In this document: positions 1 to 12,528 of the stretch, piece after piece
Position numbering within the stretch: position 1 is the first letter of the stretch
How the letters are laid out: each line of letters starts with the position of its first letter
Assembly: GCA_044222475.1 (NCBI GenBank)
Contig: JBGANF010000002.1
Location: 1-64,000 of the forward strand
Source: Polyangiaceae bacterium
GTDB lineage: Bacteria > Myxococcota_A > Polyangia > Polyangiales > Polyangiaceae
Length of the DNA stretch: 64,000 nt
Direction of reading: 5' to 3'
The notes under the pieces: generated by a model
Told to the model about the DNA's origin: nothing
Databases searched by the model: none
The model's input: the letters and a program-made list of their open reading frames with translations, nothing else
Program-made: the position numbers and the translations under genes

Positions 1-2
1 GG

Positions 3-506
3 ATCGACGTCTTGTTGGTCGAGTACCGGGGCTACGGCGCGTCGTCGAACGCGGGCACGCCGAACGAGGCGGGTCTCTACGCCGACGCCGAGGCCGCGCT
101 CGCGTCGGCGCCGCCGCACCGGCGGGTCGTGCTGTGGGGCACGTCGCTCGGGACGGGGATCGCGACCGAGATGGCCGCGCGCGGACACGGCGATGCGCTG
201 GTGCTCGAGTCGCCGTTCACTGCGATCCGCGAGGTTCCAGCGGTGATCGTGCCGCACGCGATCGTGGCGGCGTTCGTCCCCGATCGGTACGACAGCGAGT
301 CCAAGGCGCCGAAGGTGACGATGCCGGTGCTGATCGTGCACGGCACGCGAGATCGCATCGTGCCGTTCGCGATGGGAGAGCACCTGTCGAAGGTGTTCCC
401 GCACGCCGAGCTCTTGCGCGTCGAAGGGGCGGGGCACAACGACCTGTGGGAGGTCGACGCCGATCGGATTCTGCGAGCGATCGCGCGCGTCGCTCGGGGC
501 GACTGA
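3..506 (+). CDS. alpha/beta hydrolase (ABHD/Bem46-like), 5' truncated by the window edge
   Basis: EYRGYG, GTSLG nucleophile elbow, HGTRD (Asp) and GAGHND (His) motifs. Confidence 0.85.
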   Translation: MDVLLVEYRGYGASSNAGTPNEAGLYADAEAALASAPPHRRVVLWGTSLGTGIATEMAARGHGDALVLESPFTAIREVPAVIVPHAIVAAFVPDRYDSESKAPKVTMPVLIVHGTRDRIVPFAMGEHLSKVFPHAELLRVEGAGHNDLWEVDADRILRAIARVARGD

Positions 507-507
507 G

Positions 508-846
508 TCACCAGTCTCGAGGAGCGATCGCGTCTTCGATGTCGACGTCGAAGCCGTAGGCCTTCACGATGGCCTCCACGTCGCCGCCGATCGCCTCGCG
601 CGCGGCGGTCTCGATCTCGCTGCCGGCCTCTTCGAACTCGACCGCGAGCTCGTTGAAGCGCTCGGTGGCGGCGTGCGTGAGGACGAGAAGGGCGGCGGCG
701 TCCTTCGGCTTCGTCTCCTCGATCGCCAGACAGAGGTCGATCAGGATTCGTGCGCCCTTCTCGACGAGGGGCGTCGGAAAGTAGCGATCCTCCCGCATCG
801 GCTGCAAGAAGACGTAGCTCGCCAGCGTGGGGTTGGAGACCGGCAT
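508..846 (-). CDS. small acidic conserved protein (DUF5713-like)
   Basis: The C-terminal part of ORF 508..1119 from ATG 846 (MPVSNPT...FLQPMREDRYFP...EIETAARE...APRDW) reads as a globular protein and lies 10 nt after the hemW stop. Confidence 0.7.
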   Translation of the reverse strand: MPVSNPTLASYVFLQPMREDRYFPTPLVEKGARILIDLCLAIEETKPKDAAALLVLTHAATERFNELAVEFEEAGSEIETAAREAIGGDVEAIVKAYGFDVDIEDAIAPRDW

Positions 847-856
847 CGAGCCGAGG

Positions 857-2005
857 CTAGAACAGCCGCGCGGCGGTGTCGTCGGTGAAGAGCCAGGCGG
901 CGCGCGGGATGCGCAGGCGGGTGCCGTCGCGCTCGAGGCGGCCGCGCGAGACGAGGCCGTCGATGGTGCGGGTTCGCTCGGCGGTGAACGGGTCGAGGTC
1001 GAGGTCCTTGGCGGCGGCTTCGAGGTCGAGCCCGGCCGCGAGGCGGAGGCCGAGCATGATGCGCTCTCGGAGGAGGGTCTCGGCGTCGAGCGCTTCGGAC
1101 GTCGCGGCCTCGGTACCATTTTGGTACGCCTCGGGGGCGACGGCGTTGCGGTAGCGCATACCGCCGCGCCCGTCGCGGACGAAGCCGTACGCCGCGCAGC
1201 CGAGGCCGAGGTACTCCTCGCCGCGCCAGTAGCCGAGGTTGTGGCGCGCCTCTTCGCCGGGGGCGGCGTAGTTCGAGATCTCGTAGTGGCGGAGGCCGCG
1301 CTTCTCGAGGGCTTCGTCGACGGCGAGGAACGCCTCGGCGACGCGGCCGTCGTCGGCGAGGGGGAGGCGCCCGCGGCGTGCGAGCTCGCCGAACTGCGTG
1401 CCCGGCTCGATCGTGAGCTGGTAGCAGGAGAGGTGCCGCAGGCGGCCCCCGCCGAGGTCCGCGAGCTCGCCGGCTTGCGATGCGGCGTCCTCGGGGGTCT
1501 GCTCGGGGAGCCCGAAGATGAGGTCGGTGGAGACGCGGGGGATCGCCGACGCGAGCGCGCCTTGGATCGCGGCGCGCGCGCCGGACGGGTCGTGGAGGCG
1601 ACCGAGGTACTTCAGCTGATCCGGTCGGAGCGACTGCGTCCCGATGCTCAGGCGACCGACGCCGACCGCGGCGAGCGCGTCGGCGCGTTCGCGATCGAGC
1701 GAGGTCGGGTTGCACTCGACGGTGACCTCGAGATCGTCGGTCACGGGGAGGCGCCCTTGGATCCCGGCGAGCACGCGGCCGAGTTCGGCGGGCGCCCAGA
1801 GGCTCGGCGTGCCGCCGCCGAAGAAGACGCTCGCGATCGTGCGCCCGGCGAACGACGGCGCGCGGGCGTCGAGCTCGCGGAGGACGGCGTCGGCGTACCC
1901 GCGGTGGTCGATCTCGTCGCGCTTCGCCGCGTACGACACGAAGTCGCAGTAGGGGCACTTGGCGAGGCACCAAGGAAAGTGGACGTAGACGGAAGCGCGA
2001 GTCAC
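857..2005 (-). CDS. hemW: radical SAM heme chaperone HemW (HemN-like)
   Basis: YVHFPWCLAKCPYCDF CxxxCxxC, GGGTPS, YEISNY and HNLGYW motifs; GTG start at 2005 chosen. Confidence 0.9.
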   Translation of the reverse strand: MTRASVYVHFPWCLAKCPYCDFVSYAAKRDEIDHRGYADAVLRELDARAPSFAGRTIASVFFGGGTPSLWAPAELGRVLAGIQGRLPVTDDLEVTVECNPTSLDRERADALAAVGVGRLSIGTQSLRPDQLKYLGRLHDPSGARAAIQGALASAIPRVSTDLIFGLPEQTPEDAASQAGELADLGGGRLRHLSCYQLTIEPGTQFGELARRGRLPLADDGRVAEAFLAVDEALEKRGLRHYEISNYAAPGEEARHNLGYWRGEEYLGLGCAAYGFVRDGRGGMRYRNAVAPEAYQNGTEAATSEALDAETLLRERIMLGLRLAAGLDLEAAAKDLDLDPFTAERTRTIDGLVSRGRLERDGTRLRIPRAAWLFTDDTAARLF

Positions 2006-2046
2006 GAGCGAGTCATTCCTCGCGCGTCCGGGCGACGCAAGGCCTT

Positions 2047-2709
2047 TCACCGCGGGCGTTCGTCGATTCGAAGGAGGCCGTGCAGTCGCCAACCGACTCC
2101 GCCGAGCCACGTCTTCGGCGCTGCCGTCGGCGGCGGTGAAGGGGAAGGACATACCTCGACGAAGCCATCGAACCACCGCGCCGACGAGAAGCGATCGAGC
2201 CCGGTCAATCGCACCCCGTGCTTCTTGGCGTTCATCAGCACGTAGACGAGCGCGTTGCGCACCTCGCGGGGAGTCTTCAACGCGTGACCGTGGTAGCGCT
2301 CGCGCCAGACGCGTCCGCGCACGGCGAGCACCCGATTCACCGCGCGGGCGAGGCGGGAGTTCAACCCGCGCATGCCGCGCGAGAGCGACTCCTTGTCGTG
2401 CGCCTCGACGATCAGGTGCACGTGGTTCGTCTGCACGGAAAAGTGCACGATGCGAAACGACGCGCCGAGGATCTTCGACCGCGCGGACGCCCCGATCGCG
2501 TCGCGAACCGCCCCGGCGATGCTTTGCTCTCGAAACGAGGGCAGTCCCTCACGCGCGCGAAGCGTGACGTGCACCGGGTGCGCCCGCCGATGCGCTGGAC
2601 GCGCCCGGTGTGGAACGGCGGGCCGCGGGCCCGGTTTGCGCCCGGCTCCAGCGCGAGCGCCACCGCGCATGCCGCGAAGAGGAAGCCCCAGCTGAGACGA
2701 CAAAGGCAT
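2047..2709 (-). mobile_element. REP-associated tyrosine transposase (RAYT, Y1 HUH / IS200-like)
   Basis: HVTLR, HFSVQTNHVHLIVEA (HUH), VWRERYH, YVLMNAKKHG (catalytic Tyr, N-x-x-K) and FSS motifs. Confidence 0.85.
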
Positions 2710-2981
2710 GATTGATTAGGGCAATCATGTATCACGACAGGGGGATGTCAAGCCGCTGTCCGCTCCGCCGGAGGGGGTACAGACGCGGTGGCACCGTCAA
2801 GGACAGGTGTGGATCGCGGCCGTCCACCGTCCGCACACGCTGAGGACCCCTCCGCACTGGGAGAGCTCGACGCAGAAGCTCTCGCTGAGTGCGCACGGTG
2901 CGCCCAAGTTCGAGTGGGCGGGGCATGTCTCACAGAAGTGCAGACCGTTCCCGCCGCGCACACGCTGCCGTCGGGCGGCGT

Positions 2982-3614
2982 TCACTCGCAGGGGATGCCC
3001 GCGCCGGTCCAGACTCCACAGACGCACACGTTCCACGTACACGGTGTCGATGCGTAGCCACACTCGAGGCCCTCCGGGCAGCGTTGGCCGTAGTCGGGCT
3101 CGCGCAGCGGACAACCCCACGTGAGCGGTCGTCGGCAATCCCATTGTGGGCCGTAGCAGCGGCACTCGCCGTCGGGGTAGAAGCACCTGAGGGCCGCCGA
3201 GCAGGCGGCTCCGTCGGTGGGCATGACCTGCGGACAGTTTGGCGACGAGGCGGGGTCGCTGCAGAACGTCGGCGGCACGACGCCTTGCCAAACGCCTCCC
3301 GTGCACCGGTGGCTCGGTCGGCAGGCGACACGCGGATCACTTCCGTAGCTGCACGTGCGCGCGGGCGCGCACGGCGTGCCATCCGTCGGCTCATTCGGCG
3401 GACATGCCGGCGGACACGCGGTGGAGCGTGGATCAGGCGGCGAGGCCCCATCGAGCACGTTGGGCGGGAAGATCGGGAGTGGTTCGTCGAGGGCGTCGGC
3501 GGTGCCCGCGTCGGCATTCGGAGTCGCTCCCGGATTGACCGACCCGCAGGCGGCCAAGCCCGCGATCGCCGCGAGAGCCAAAAGAGCCGACAAAACAAGC
3601 CCCCAAGTGCGCAC
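2982..3614 (-). CDS. Cys-rich repeat lipoprotein
   Basis: Lipobox LAAC; repeats of CP-x3-P-x2-G-x2-C-x5-C-x-Y. GTG 3614 lies 7 nt after TAAGAT; alternative start 3650. Confidence 0.75.
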   Translation of the reverse strand: MRTWGLVLSALLALAAIAGLAACGSVNPGATPNADAGTADALDEPLPIFPPNVLDGASPPDPRSTACPPACPPNEPTDGTPCAPARTCSYGSDPRVACRPSHRCTGGVWQGVVPPTFCSDPASSPNCPQVMPTDGAACSAALRCFYPDGECRCYGPQWDCRRPLTWGCPLREPDYGQRCPEGLECGYASTPCTWNVCVCGVWTGAGIPCE

Positions 3615-3704
3615 TGAATGGATCTTACGCCGTAGTCGTCCAATTGCCACGGCCCAGGCCGGGTGTTACGTTTTCGCTGCGCGGTTTTTGCCGCGAAATA
3701 CGAA

Positions 3705-5873
3705 ATGTTGCAGGTCGAAGAGCTCATCACGCGGATCCGGAGCTACCAGCCTAGCGCCGACGCCGAGCTCATCCAGAGAGCCTACGATTACAGCCACAAA
3801 GCGCACTCCGGCCAGATGCGCAAGAGCGGCGATCCGTACTTCGTACACCCCGCGAGCGTGGCCGGCATCATCACCGAGCTCCGCCTCGACACCGCGAGCG
3901 TGTGCGCCGGTCTCCTCCACGACGTCGTCGAGGACACCCTCGCGACCACGAAGGACATCGAGAAGGAGTTCGGCTTCGAGATCGCGTCGCTCGTCGACGG
4001 CGTCACCAAGCTCAGCAAGATCAACTTCACCTCCAAGGAGGACCGTCAGGCGGAGAACTTCCGCAAGATGGTCGTCGCGATGGCGCAGGACATCCGTGTC
4101 CTGCTCGTGAAGCTGTGCGACCGCGTCGACAACATGCGGACGCTCCAGCACATGAAGCCCGAGGCGCAGGAGCGCATCGCCCGCGAGACGATGGAGATCT
4201 ATGCCCCGCTCGCGAACCGCCTCGGCATGGCGGCGTTCAAGAGCGAGCTCGAGGACCTCTCGTTCAAGTACCTCGAGCCCGACGAGTACAAGGAGCTCTC
4301 GACCGCCGTCGCGACGTCGAAGCGCGAGCGCGACCGCTACATCGAGGGCGTCTGCAAGACGCTCGCGAGCCGCCTCGCGGAGCAGGGCTTCGCGGCCGAC
4401 GTCACCGGTCGCGCGAAGCACCTCTACTCGATCTGGCGCAAGATGAAGGCGCAGCAGTGCGGGCTCGACCAGATCCACGACGCGGTCGCGTTCCGCGTCC
4501 TCGTCGAGAGCGTGAGCGACTGCTACGCGGCGCTCGGCGTCATCCACTCCAAGTGGGTCCCGGTGCCGGGCCGCTTCAAGGACTACGTCGCGCTCCCGAA
4601 GCCGAACATGTACCAGTCGCTCCACACGACGGTGATCGGTCCCGGGCGCGAGCGCATCGAGATCCAGATCCGCACCCACGAGATGCACCGCGTCGCCGAG
4701 CGCGGCATCGCGGCGCACTGGAAATACAAGGAGCGGGGCGGGGGAGGCGGCATCGCCGAGGCCGACGCGCAGAAGTTCGGTTGGCTGCGCCAGCTCATGG
4801 AGTGGCAGAAGGAGCTCAAGGATCCGGCCGAGTTCCTCGAAGGCGTGAAGGTCGATCTCTTCCAGGACGAGGTCTACGTCTTCACGCCCAAGGGCGACGT
4901 GCGCGTGTTCCCGCGCGGCTCCACTCCGATCGACTTCGCGTTCGCGATCCACTCGCAGCTCGGCGAGAAGATCACCGGCGCGCGGGTGAACGGAAAGCTC
5001 GAGCCGCTGCGCTACAAGCTCAAGAGCGGCGATGTCGTCGACGTCGTGACGAACGCGAACCAGCACCCCTCGAAGGACTGGCTCGACATCGCGTTCACGA
5101 CCCGCGCGCGGAACAAGATTCGGAACTACCTCCGCACCGAAGAGCGCGAGAAGTCGATGCGCCTCGGGCGCGAGCTGCTCGAGCGCGAGATGCACAAGGC
5201 CGGCATGTCGCTCAACAAGCTCCTCAAGAGCGAGAGCGACGTCCAGCGCGTGCTCGAGGCGGTGAAGCTGTCGTCGCAGGAAGAGCTGATGATCCACATC
5301 GGCTACGGGAAGGTCACCCCGGACGACGTCATCGAGGTCGTCGCGCCGAAGTCCGAGGGGGACCGCCCCACGCCGCCTCCGCCCGATCTTCGCACCGGCC
5401 GGATCGAGGGCCTCGTGCGCCGCATCAGCGGCAAGGACGACGGCGGGATCCGCCTCAACGGCATCGACGACGTGCTCGTGCGCTACGCGAAGTGCTGCAA
5501 CCCGCTGCCCGGAGACGACATCCTCGGCTTCATCACCCGCGGGCGCGGGCTCACCATCCACCGCCGCGGCTGTCCCAAGGCGTTCGACACCGATCCCGAG
5601 CGCCGCGTCGAGATCGCGTGGGACTCGAAGGCGAAGATCAACCGCGCGGTGCAGCTCCGCGTCGTGACGGCAAACCGGCCGGGCATCCTGGCGACGGTCG
5701 GGCAGACGTTCAGCGCGCAAGGCATCAACATCAGCGAGGCCAACTGTCGCGCCGGCGACGACGGGCGCGCGGTGAACGTGTTCACGTTCGTGTGCTCGGA
5801 TCTCACCCAGCTCAAGGTCGTGATGAAGGCCCTGCAGAAGGTGCAAGGCGTCGTCGCCGTCGACCGCGCTTAG
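3705..5873 (+). CDS. spoT: bifunctional (p)ppGpp synthetase/hydrolase, long RSH
   Basis: HD hydrolase motif LLHDVVEDT, RFKD, YQSLHT, EIQIRT, TGS domain (FTPKG), KCCNP and C-terminal ACT domain. Confidence 0.95.
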   Translation: MLQVEELITRIRSYQPSADAELIQRAYDYSHKAHSGQMRKSGDPYFVHPASVAGIITELRLDTASVCAGLLHDVVEDTLATTKDIEKEFGFEIASLVDGVTKLSKINFTSKEDRQAENFRKMVVAMAQDIRVLLVKLCDRVDNMRTLQHMKPEAQERIARETMEIYAPLANRLGMAAFKSELEDLSFKYLEPDEYKELSTAVATSKRERDRYIEGVCKTLASRLAEQGFAADVTGRAKHLYSIWRKMKAQQCGLDQIHDAVAFRVLVESVSDCYAALGVIHSKWVPVPGRFKDYVALPKPNMYQSLHTTVIGPGRERIEIQIRTHEMHRVAERGIAAHWKYKERGGGGGIAEADAQKFGWLRQLMEWQKELKDPAEFLEGVKVDLFQDEVYVFTPKGDVRVFPRGSTPIDFAFAIHSQLGEKITGARVNGKLEPLRYKLKSGDVVDVVTNANQHPSKDWLDIAFTTRARNKIRNYLRTEEREKSMRLGRELLEREMHKAGMSLNKLLKSESDVQRVLEAVKLSSQEELMIHIGYGKVTPDDVIEVVAPKSEGDRPTPPPPDLRTGRIEGLVRRISGKDDGGIRLNGIDDVLVRYAKCCNPLPGDDILGFITRGRGLTIHRRGCPKAFDTDPERRVEIAWDSKAKINRAVQLRVVTANRPGILATVGQTFSAQGINISEANCRAGDDGRAVNVFTFVCSDLTQLKVVMKALQKVQGVVAVDRA

Positions 5874-5883
5874 GCGATCGGCG

Positions 5884-6282
5884 TCACTCGGTTTCGGGAG
5901 CGATCAGCGGTAGGAAGCGTGGCTGGGGCGTGATCTCGTACTCGAGCACGTCGAGGTTCTCGCCTTGGAGCCGCAACGACACTCGCTCGATCGGCAGTTG
6001 ACTCTCCGTCGACCAGCGCACGTCGGAGATCGACACGCTGCCGTCGTCTTCGAGCCAGCTCACCGCGTACCGTTGGGCCGTGGCGAGCGCGAGCGCCGAG
6101 CTCGCGGCGACGGCTGCTCCGACGATGGCGACGACGAGGGGCCAGCGGCGCGCGCGTCGAGGCGCGGGTGGGGCCTTCGTCTCGAACGGCTCGCCGCGCG
6201 GGTCGCACGCCTCCGAGAGCGACGGCGGCTCGAAGACCACGCCATCCTCCATCGGCAGGTCGAAGTCGGCGGTGGTCGTCAT
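5884..6282 (-). CDS. hypothetical single-pass membrane protein
   Basis: 132 aa ORF with a central hydrophobic segment; fills the gap between spoT and the divergent gene. Confidence 0.6.
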   Translation of the reverse strand: MTTTADFDLPMEDGVVFEPPSLSEACDPRGEPFETKAPPAPRRARRWPLVVAIVGAAVAASSALALATAQRYAVSWLEDDGSVSISDVRWSTESQLPIERVSLRLQGENLDVLEYEITPQPRFLPLIAPETE

Positions 6283-6344
6283 CCTTCCTCAGCTTGACCC
6301 CAACGCATGGAACGCGCCCGCCATTCCGCTGCTAGACTGGTGCG

Positions 6345-7973
6345 ATGCGGCGCTGGGGACTCGCGTTGTTCGGTGTGCTCTGCGCCGGGCCGCTGCTCAT
6401 CTACAGCTGCCGCGAGCCCACACAGATCACGGTCGACCTCACGACCGACCTACCCTGTGTCGGTCTCCCCGACGACGCTGGCGCGACTCGGCCTCCGGTG
6501 CCCGGGGTCTTCTCCGGCGACGGTCGTGTCGCGCTATGGGTCGCGGCCGACACGCCGAGCCCCGTCCCGCAGGTGATCGCTCGGAGCTGCGCCCAAGGCG
6601 CGTCGACCGCCCACGTCGGGACGATCGCCATCGTGCCGAGCAAGTCGAACGACGACCGCGTCGTCATCACCGCTGCGATCAACGTGCGCGATCCCTCGAA
6701 GTCGGACGTCTGCCCCGGCGATCCGCCGAGCCCCGACTGCATCGTCGCGCGCCGCACCGTCGGGTTCATCCCGCACACGCCGCTGACGTTGCCCATCCAC
6801 CTCGCCCTCGCGTGCGCCGGCGTCGTTTGCAAGAAGGGCGAGACCTGCGAGAACGGTACGTGCGTGTCCGACGTCGTGACGTGCACGAGCGACAGCCCGA
6901 CCTGCGTGGGTCCGACCGACGCGGGGCCGCCGGACGCAGCCGTCGAGGCCGGCCCCGTCGAAGCCGGCGCGTGCGACGGCGGTGGGCTCGGCAACGCGTT
7001 GAACTGCGGGAAGTGCGGCTTGCCTTGCGACGGCATCTGCCTCGGCGACGCGTGCCAGATCCCCAAGACGAACCCGCTCTCGCAGGTGGCCGACGAAGGC
7101 TGCGTCGCGGTCGACGGGAGACAGGTGTTCTGGTCCGCCGCGACCGCGGGCGTCGGCGCGGTGTACTGGGCGCCGAGGGCGGGCTTCGCGGTGACCGCCC
7201 TGGAGAAGCAGCTCCCGGTCGGGCCGGTCGCGGCGACGCCGGCCGGCTCGGGGTCGGCGAGCTACGTCGTGCGCGATGCCATCACGGTGGGCACGTCGTT
7301 CGTGCGCGACGTCTCCAGCGCGCCACCGGTGCCCGTGCCGAACACCATGCAGGCCGTGAAAGCACCGGGGACGCACGACTGGCTGGCGCGCGGCCCGTTC
7401 TCGCGCTGCGCCACGACGTGGGATGGAGTCAGCTACGCCGGCGTCGACTGCGAGTTCATCTCGTGGAGCACGTCGGCCTCGCCTCGCCTCGTTCACCTCG
7501 CGGTCGGCAAGGCCACGTACCTCGCGGTTCGCGCCGGCGGCGATCTCGTGGGCGGGCCGACGTCGAACACCCAGACCATCTTTTCGTCGGCGCTCAAGGT
7601 CGCCAGCGTCGTCGGCGCCGTCGGTGGAGGCGACGACTACGTGGTCGTCTCGCAGGTCGGCCTCGATTTCGTCTTGACCAAGGTCACCGTCGACCCGAAC
7701 GCGATCCTGATCAAGGTCGCACCCGCGCCGTTCTACAAACAACAGATCGCGATGACCGGCCTCAAGATCGACGGGACCACGGTGTACTTCGCTGACGCGT
7801 TGCACCGCATCGCCAAGGTCGACATCAACGGTTTGGCGACGCAGCTTGCGACCGTCGTCGTTCCCTCGGGGCCGAACGGCCTCACCACGATGCGCGGTCG
7901 CACCTGCATCGACGTCGACGACGTCGCGGTCTACTACCTCGTCCAGGGCGTCCCGCGGCGATCGCCTCGCTGA
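6345..7973 (+). CDS. Cys-rich lipoprotein with a probable C-terminal beta-propeller
   Basis: Signal ending [12 protein letters not shown], Cys clusters, DAG linker, blade-like repeats ([24 protein letters not shown]). Confidence 0.75.
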   Translation: MRRWGLALFGVLCAGPLLIYSCREPTQITVDLTTDLPCVGLPDDAGATRPPVPGVFSGDGRVALWVAADTPSPVPQVIARSCAQGASTAHVGTIAIVPSKSNDDRVVITAAINVRDPSKSDVCPGDPPSPDCIVARRTVGFIPHTPLTLPIHLALACAGVVCKKGETCENGTCVSDVVTCTSDSPTCVGPTDAGPPDAAVEAGPVEAGACDGGGLGNALNCGKCGLPCDGICLGDACQIPKTNPLSQVADEGCVAVDGRQVFWSAATAGVGAVYWAPRAGFAVTALEKQLPVGPVAATPAGSGSASYVVRDAITVGTSFVRDVSSAPPVPVPNTMQAVKAPGTHDWLARGPFSRCATTWDGVSYAGVDCEFISWSTSASPRLVHLAVGKATYLAVRAGGDLVGGPTSNTQTIFSSALKVASVVGAVGGGDDYVVVSQVGLDFVLTKVTVDPNAILIKVAPAPFYKQQIAMTGLKIDGTTVYFADALHRIAKVDINGLATQLATVVVPSGPNGLTTMRGRTCIDVDDVAVYYLVQGVPRRSPR

Positions 7974-8011
7974 GCCTGGCCACGGTCGCCGGTCCGGATT
8001 ACAAGCACGGC

Positions 8012-9334
8012 ATGTCCGTCACGATCGTCGGCGCCGGCCTTGCCGGGTGCGAGGCTGCGTTCCAGCTCGCCGAGCGAGGCATCGACGTCACCCTCGTCGA
8101 GCAGAAGCCGATCGCGCGCACTCCGGCCCAGACCAGCGACAAGCTGTGCGAGCTCGTGTGCTCGAACTCGATGCGCGGCGCCGCGCTGACGAACGCGGTC
8201 GGCGTCCTCAAGGAAGAGATGCGACGCGCCGGATCGCTCGTCCTCGCGTGCGCCGAGGAGGCGAAGGTCCCGGCCGGCGGTGCGCTCGCCGTCGATCGGG
8301 AGGTCTTCGCGACCAAGGTCACGTCGATCATCGAGCGCCACCCGAAGATCACCGTCGAGCACCGGGTGGTCGGCGCGATCCCCGAGGCCAGCGCCGAGGC
8401 GCCGGTCATCGTCGCGACGGGGCCGCTCACCGGCGAGTCCCTCGCGGACGATCTCGCGAAGGCCCTCGGGGGAAAGCACCTCGCCTACTACGACGCGATC
8501 GCACCGATCGTCGCCACCGACTCGATCGACCAGGACAAGACGTTCCGCGCCTCGCGCTACGACAAGGGCGGCGACGACGCGTACATCAACTGCCCGTTCG
8601 ACGAAGCGCAGTACCTCGCCTTCATCGAGGCCATCGTCGGCGCCGAGAAGGTCGCGCCCCGCGCGTTCGAGGAGGTCCGCTACTTCGAGGGCTGCCTCCC
8701 CATCGAGGTGATGGCCTCGCGCGGACCGATGACGCTGGCCTTCGGGCCGATGAAGCCGGTCGGTCTCGAGGATCCCAAAACGGGACGACGACCGTTCGCC
8801 GTCGTGCAGCTTCGTCAAGAGGACGAGGCCGCGACTGCGTACAACCTCGTCGGGTTCCAGACGCGGATGACGTACCCGGAGCAAAAGCGGGTGTTCTCGA
8901 TGATCCCGGGCCTCGAGGACGTCGAGATCATGCGGTTCGGGAGCGTCCACCGGAACACGTTCGTGAACGCGCCCGAGGTCCTCGACGACCGCATGCAGCT
9001 CCGGAGCCGGCCCCACGTCTTCCTCGCCGGCCAGGTGACCGGCGTGGAAGGCTACGTCGAAAGCGCGGCCGGCGGGCTCTTGTGCGCGCTCATGCTCGCG
9101 CAGTCGCTGCGGGGTGAGCCCATCCTGCGGCCCCCGCCGACGACCGCGCTCGGCGGGCTGCTCGCGCACCTCGGACGCAAGGTGGACGATTTCCAACCGT
9201 CGAACATCACCTGGGCGCACGTGGCGCCCCTCGATAACCGAAGGCTCAAGAAGCGCGACCGCTACGAGGCGATGGGCAAGCGCGCGCTCGTCGACCTCGA
9301 GCCATGGCTGCGATCGGTCCGAGTCGCGCGTTGA
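8012..9334 (+). CDS. trmFO: folate/FAD-dependent tRNA m5U54 methyltransferase
   Basis: [39 protein letters not shown] and GVEGYVES motifs. Confidence 0.95.
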   Translation: MSVTIVGAGLAGCEAAFQLAERGIDVTLVEQKPIARTPAQTSDKLCELVCSNSMRGAALTNAVGVLKEEMRRAGSLVLACAEEAKVPAGGALAVDREVFATKVTSIIERHPKITVEHRVVGAIPEASAEAPVIVATGPLTGESLADDLAKALGGKHLAYYDAIAPIVATDSIDQDKTFRASRYDKGGDDAYINCPFDEAQYLAFIEAIVGAEKVAPRAFEEVRYFEGCLPIEVMASRGPMTLAFGPMKPVGLEDPKTGRRPFAVVQLRQEDEAATAYNLVGFQTRMTYPEQKRVFSMIPGLEDVEIMRFGSVHRNTFVNAPEVLDDRMQLRSRPHVFLAGQVTGVEGYVESAAGGLLCALMLAQSLRGEPILRPPPTTALGGLLAHLGRKVDDFQPSNITWAHVAPLDNRRLKKRDRYEAMGKRALVDLEPWLRSVRVAR

Positions 9335-9337
9335 CGC

Positions 9338-11827
<2,490 letters not shown>

Positions 11828-11889
11828 GAGGACCGCCAGCCTACCAGGGGGGTGTTCATTGTCACGACGGCGAGTCTGCGATAACGACG

Positions 11890-12528
11890 ATGGACATGGC
11901 TTCACGCAAGGACGAGGGCAAGGCCGACAAGACGTCGAAGCGCGGTCCGGTGCCGGTGGGCGACGAGGTCGGCGCGGCGGAGCTCGGGCGACGCGTCGCC
12001 GAGAACCTCCGCCAGAAGCGCAAGGTCCGCGGCATGTCGCTCGACGAGCTCGCCCACGCGTCCGGCGTGAGCCGCGCCGCGCTGTCGCAGATCGAGACGA
12101 TGAAGAGCAACCCGACCGTCGGGATCTTGTGGAAGATCGCGTCGGGGCTCGGCGTGCCCTTCAACGAGCTGCTCGGCGAGCCCGGGCGCGGCGCGCGCGT
12201 GCTGCGTCACAAGGACGCGCAGGTCCTCCGGTCGACCGACGGCAAGCTCGAGAGTCGGCCCCTCACGCCGGCCGGCGCGTCGCCGAACGTCGAAGCGTAC
12301 GAGCTCCGCCTCGCGGCGCGATCGGCTCACGCCGCCGAGGCGCACACGGCGGGCACGCAGGAGATCGTCGTCGTGCTCAGCGGTCTCCTTCGCATGCGCG
12401 TCGACGACGAGGTGCACGACCTGGGGGCCGGCGACTCGGTCGCGTTTCGCGCCGACAAGCCGCACACGTACGAGAACCCCGGCGGCTCCGAGGCGCGGTA
12501 TCACAACGTGATCATCTACGAGCGGTAG
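11890..12528 (+). CDS. XRE-family HTH regulator with cupin domain (SutR/PuuR-like)
   Basis: SLDELAHASGVSRAALSQIE...NPTVGILWKIA HTH; cupin EAH...E...GDSVAF...H. Confidence 0.9.
   Translation: MDMASRKDEGKADKTSKRGPVPVGDEVGAAELGRRVAENLRQKRKVRGMSLDELAHASGVSRAALSQIETMKSNPTVGILWKIASGLGVPFNELLGEPGRGARVLRHKDAQVLRSTDGKLESRPLTPAGASPNVEAYELRLAARSAHAAEAHTAGTQEIVVVLSGLLRMRVDDEVHDLGAGDSVAFRADKPHTYENPGGSEARYHNVIIYER

Noticed and set aside
2982..2984. In-frame TGA in a Cys-rich gene as selenocysteine
   Set aside because: The TGA does not align with a Cys position of the repeat, a frameshift follows, and I recognise no SECIS.
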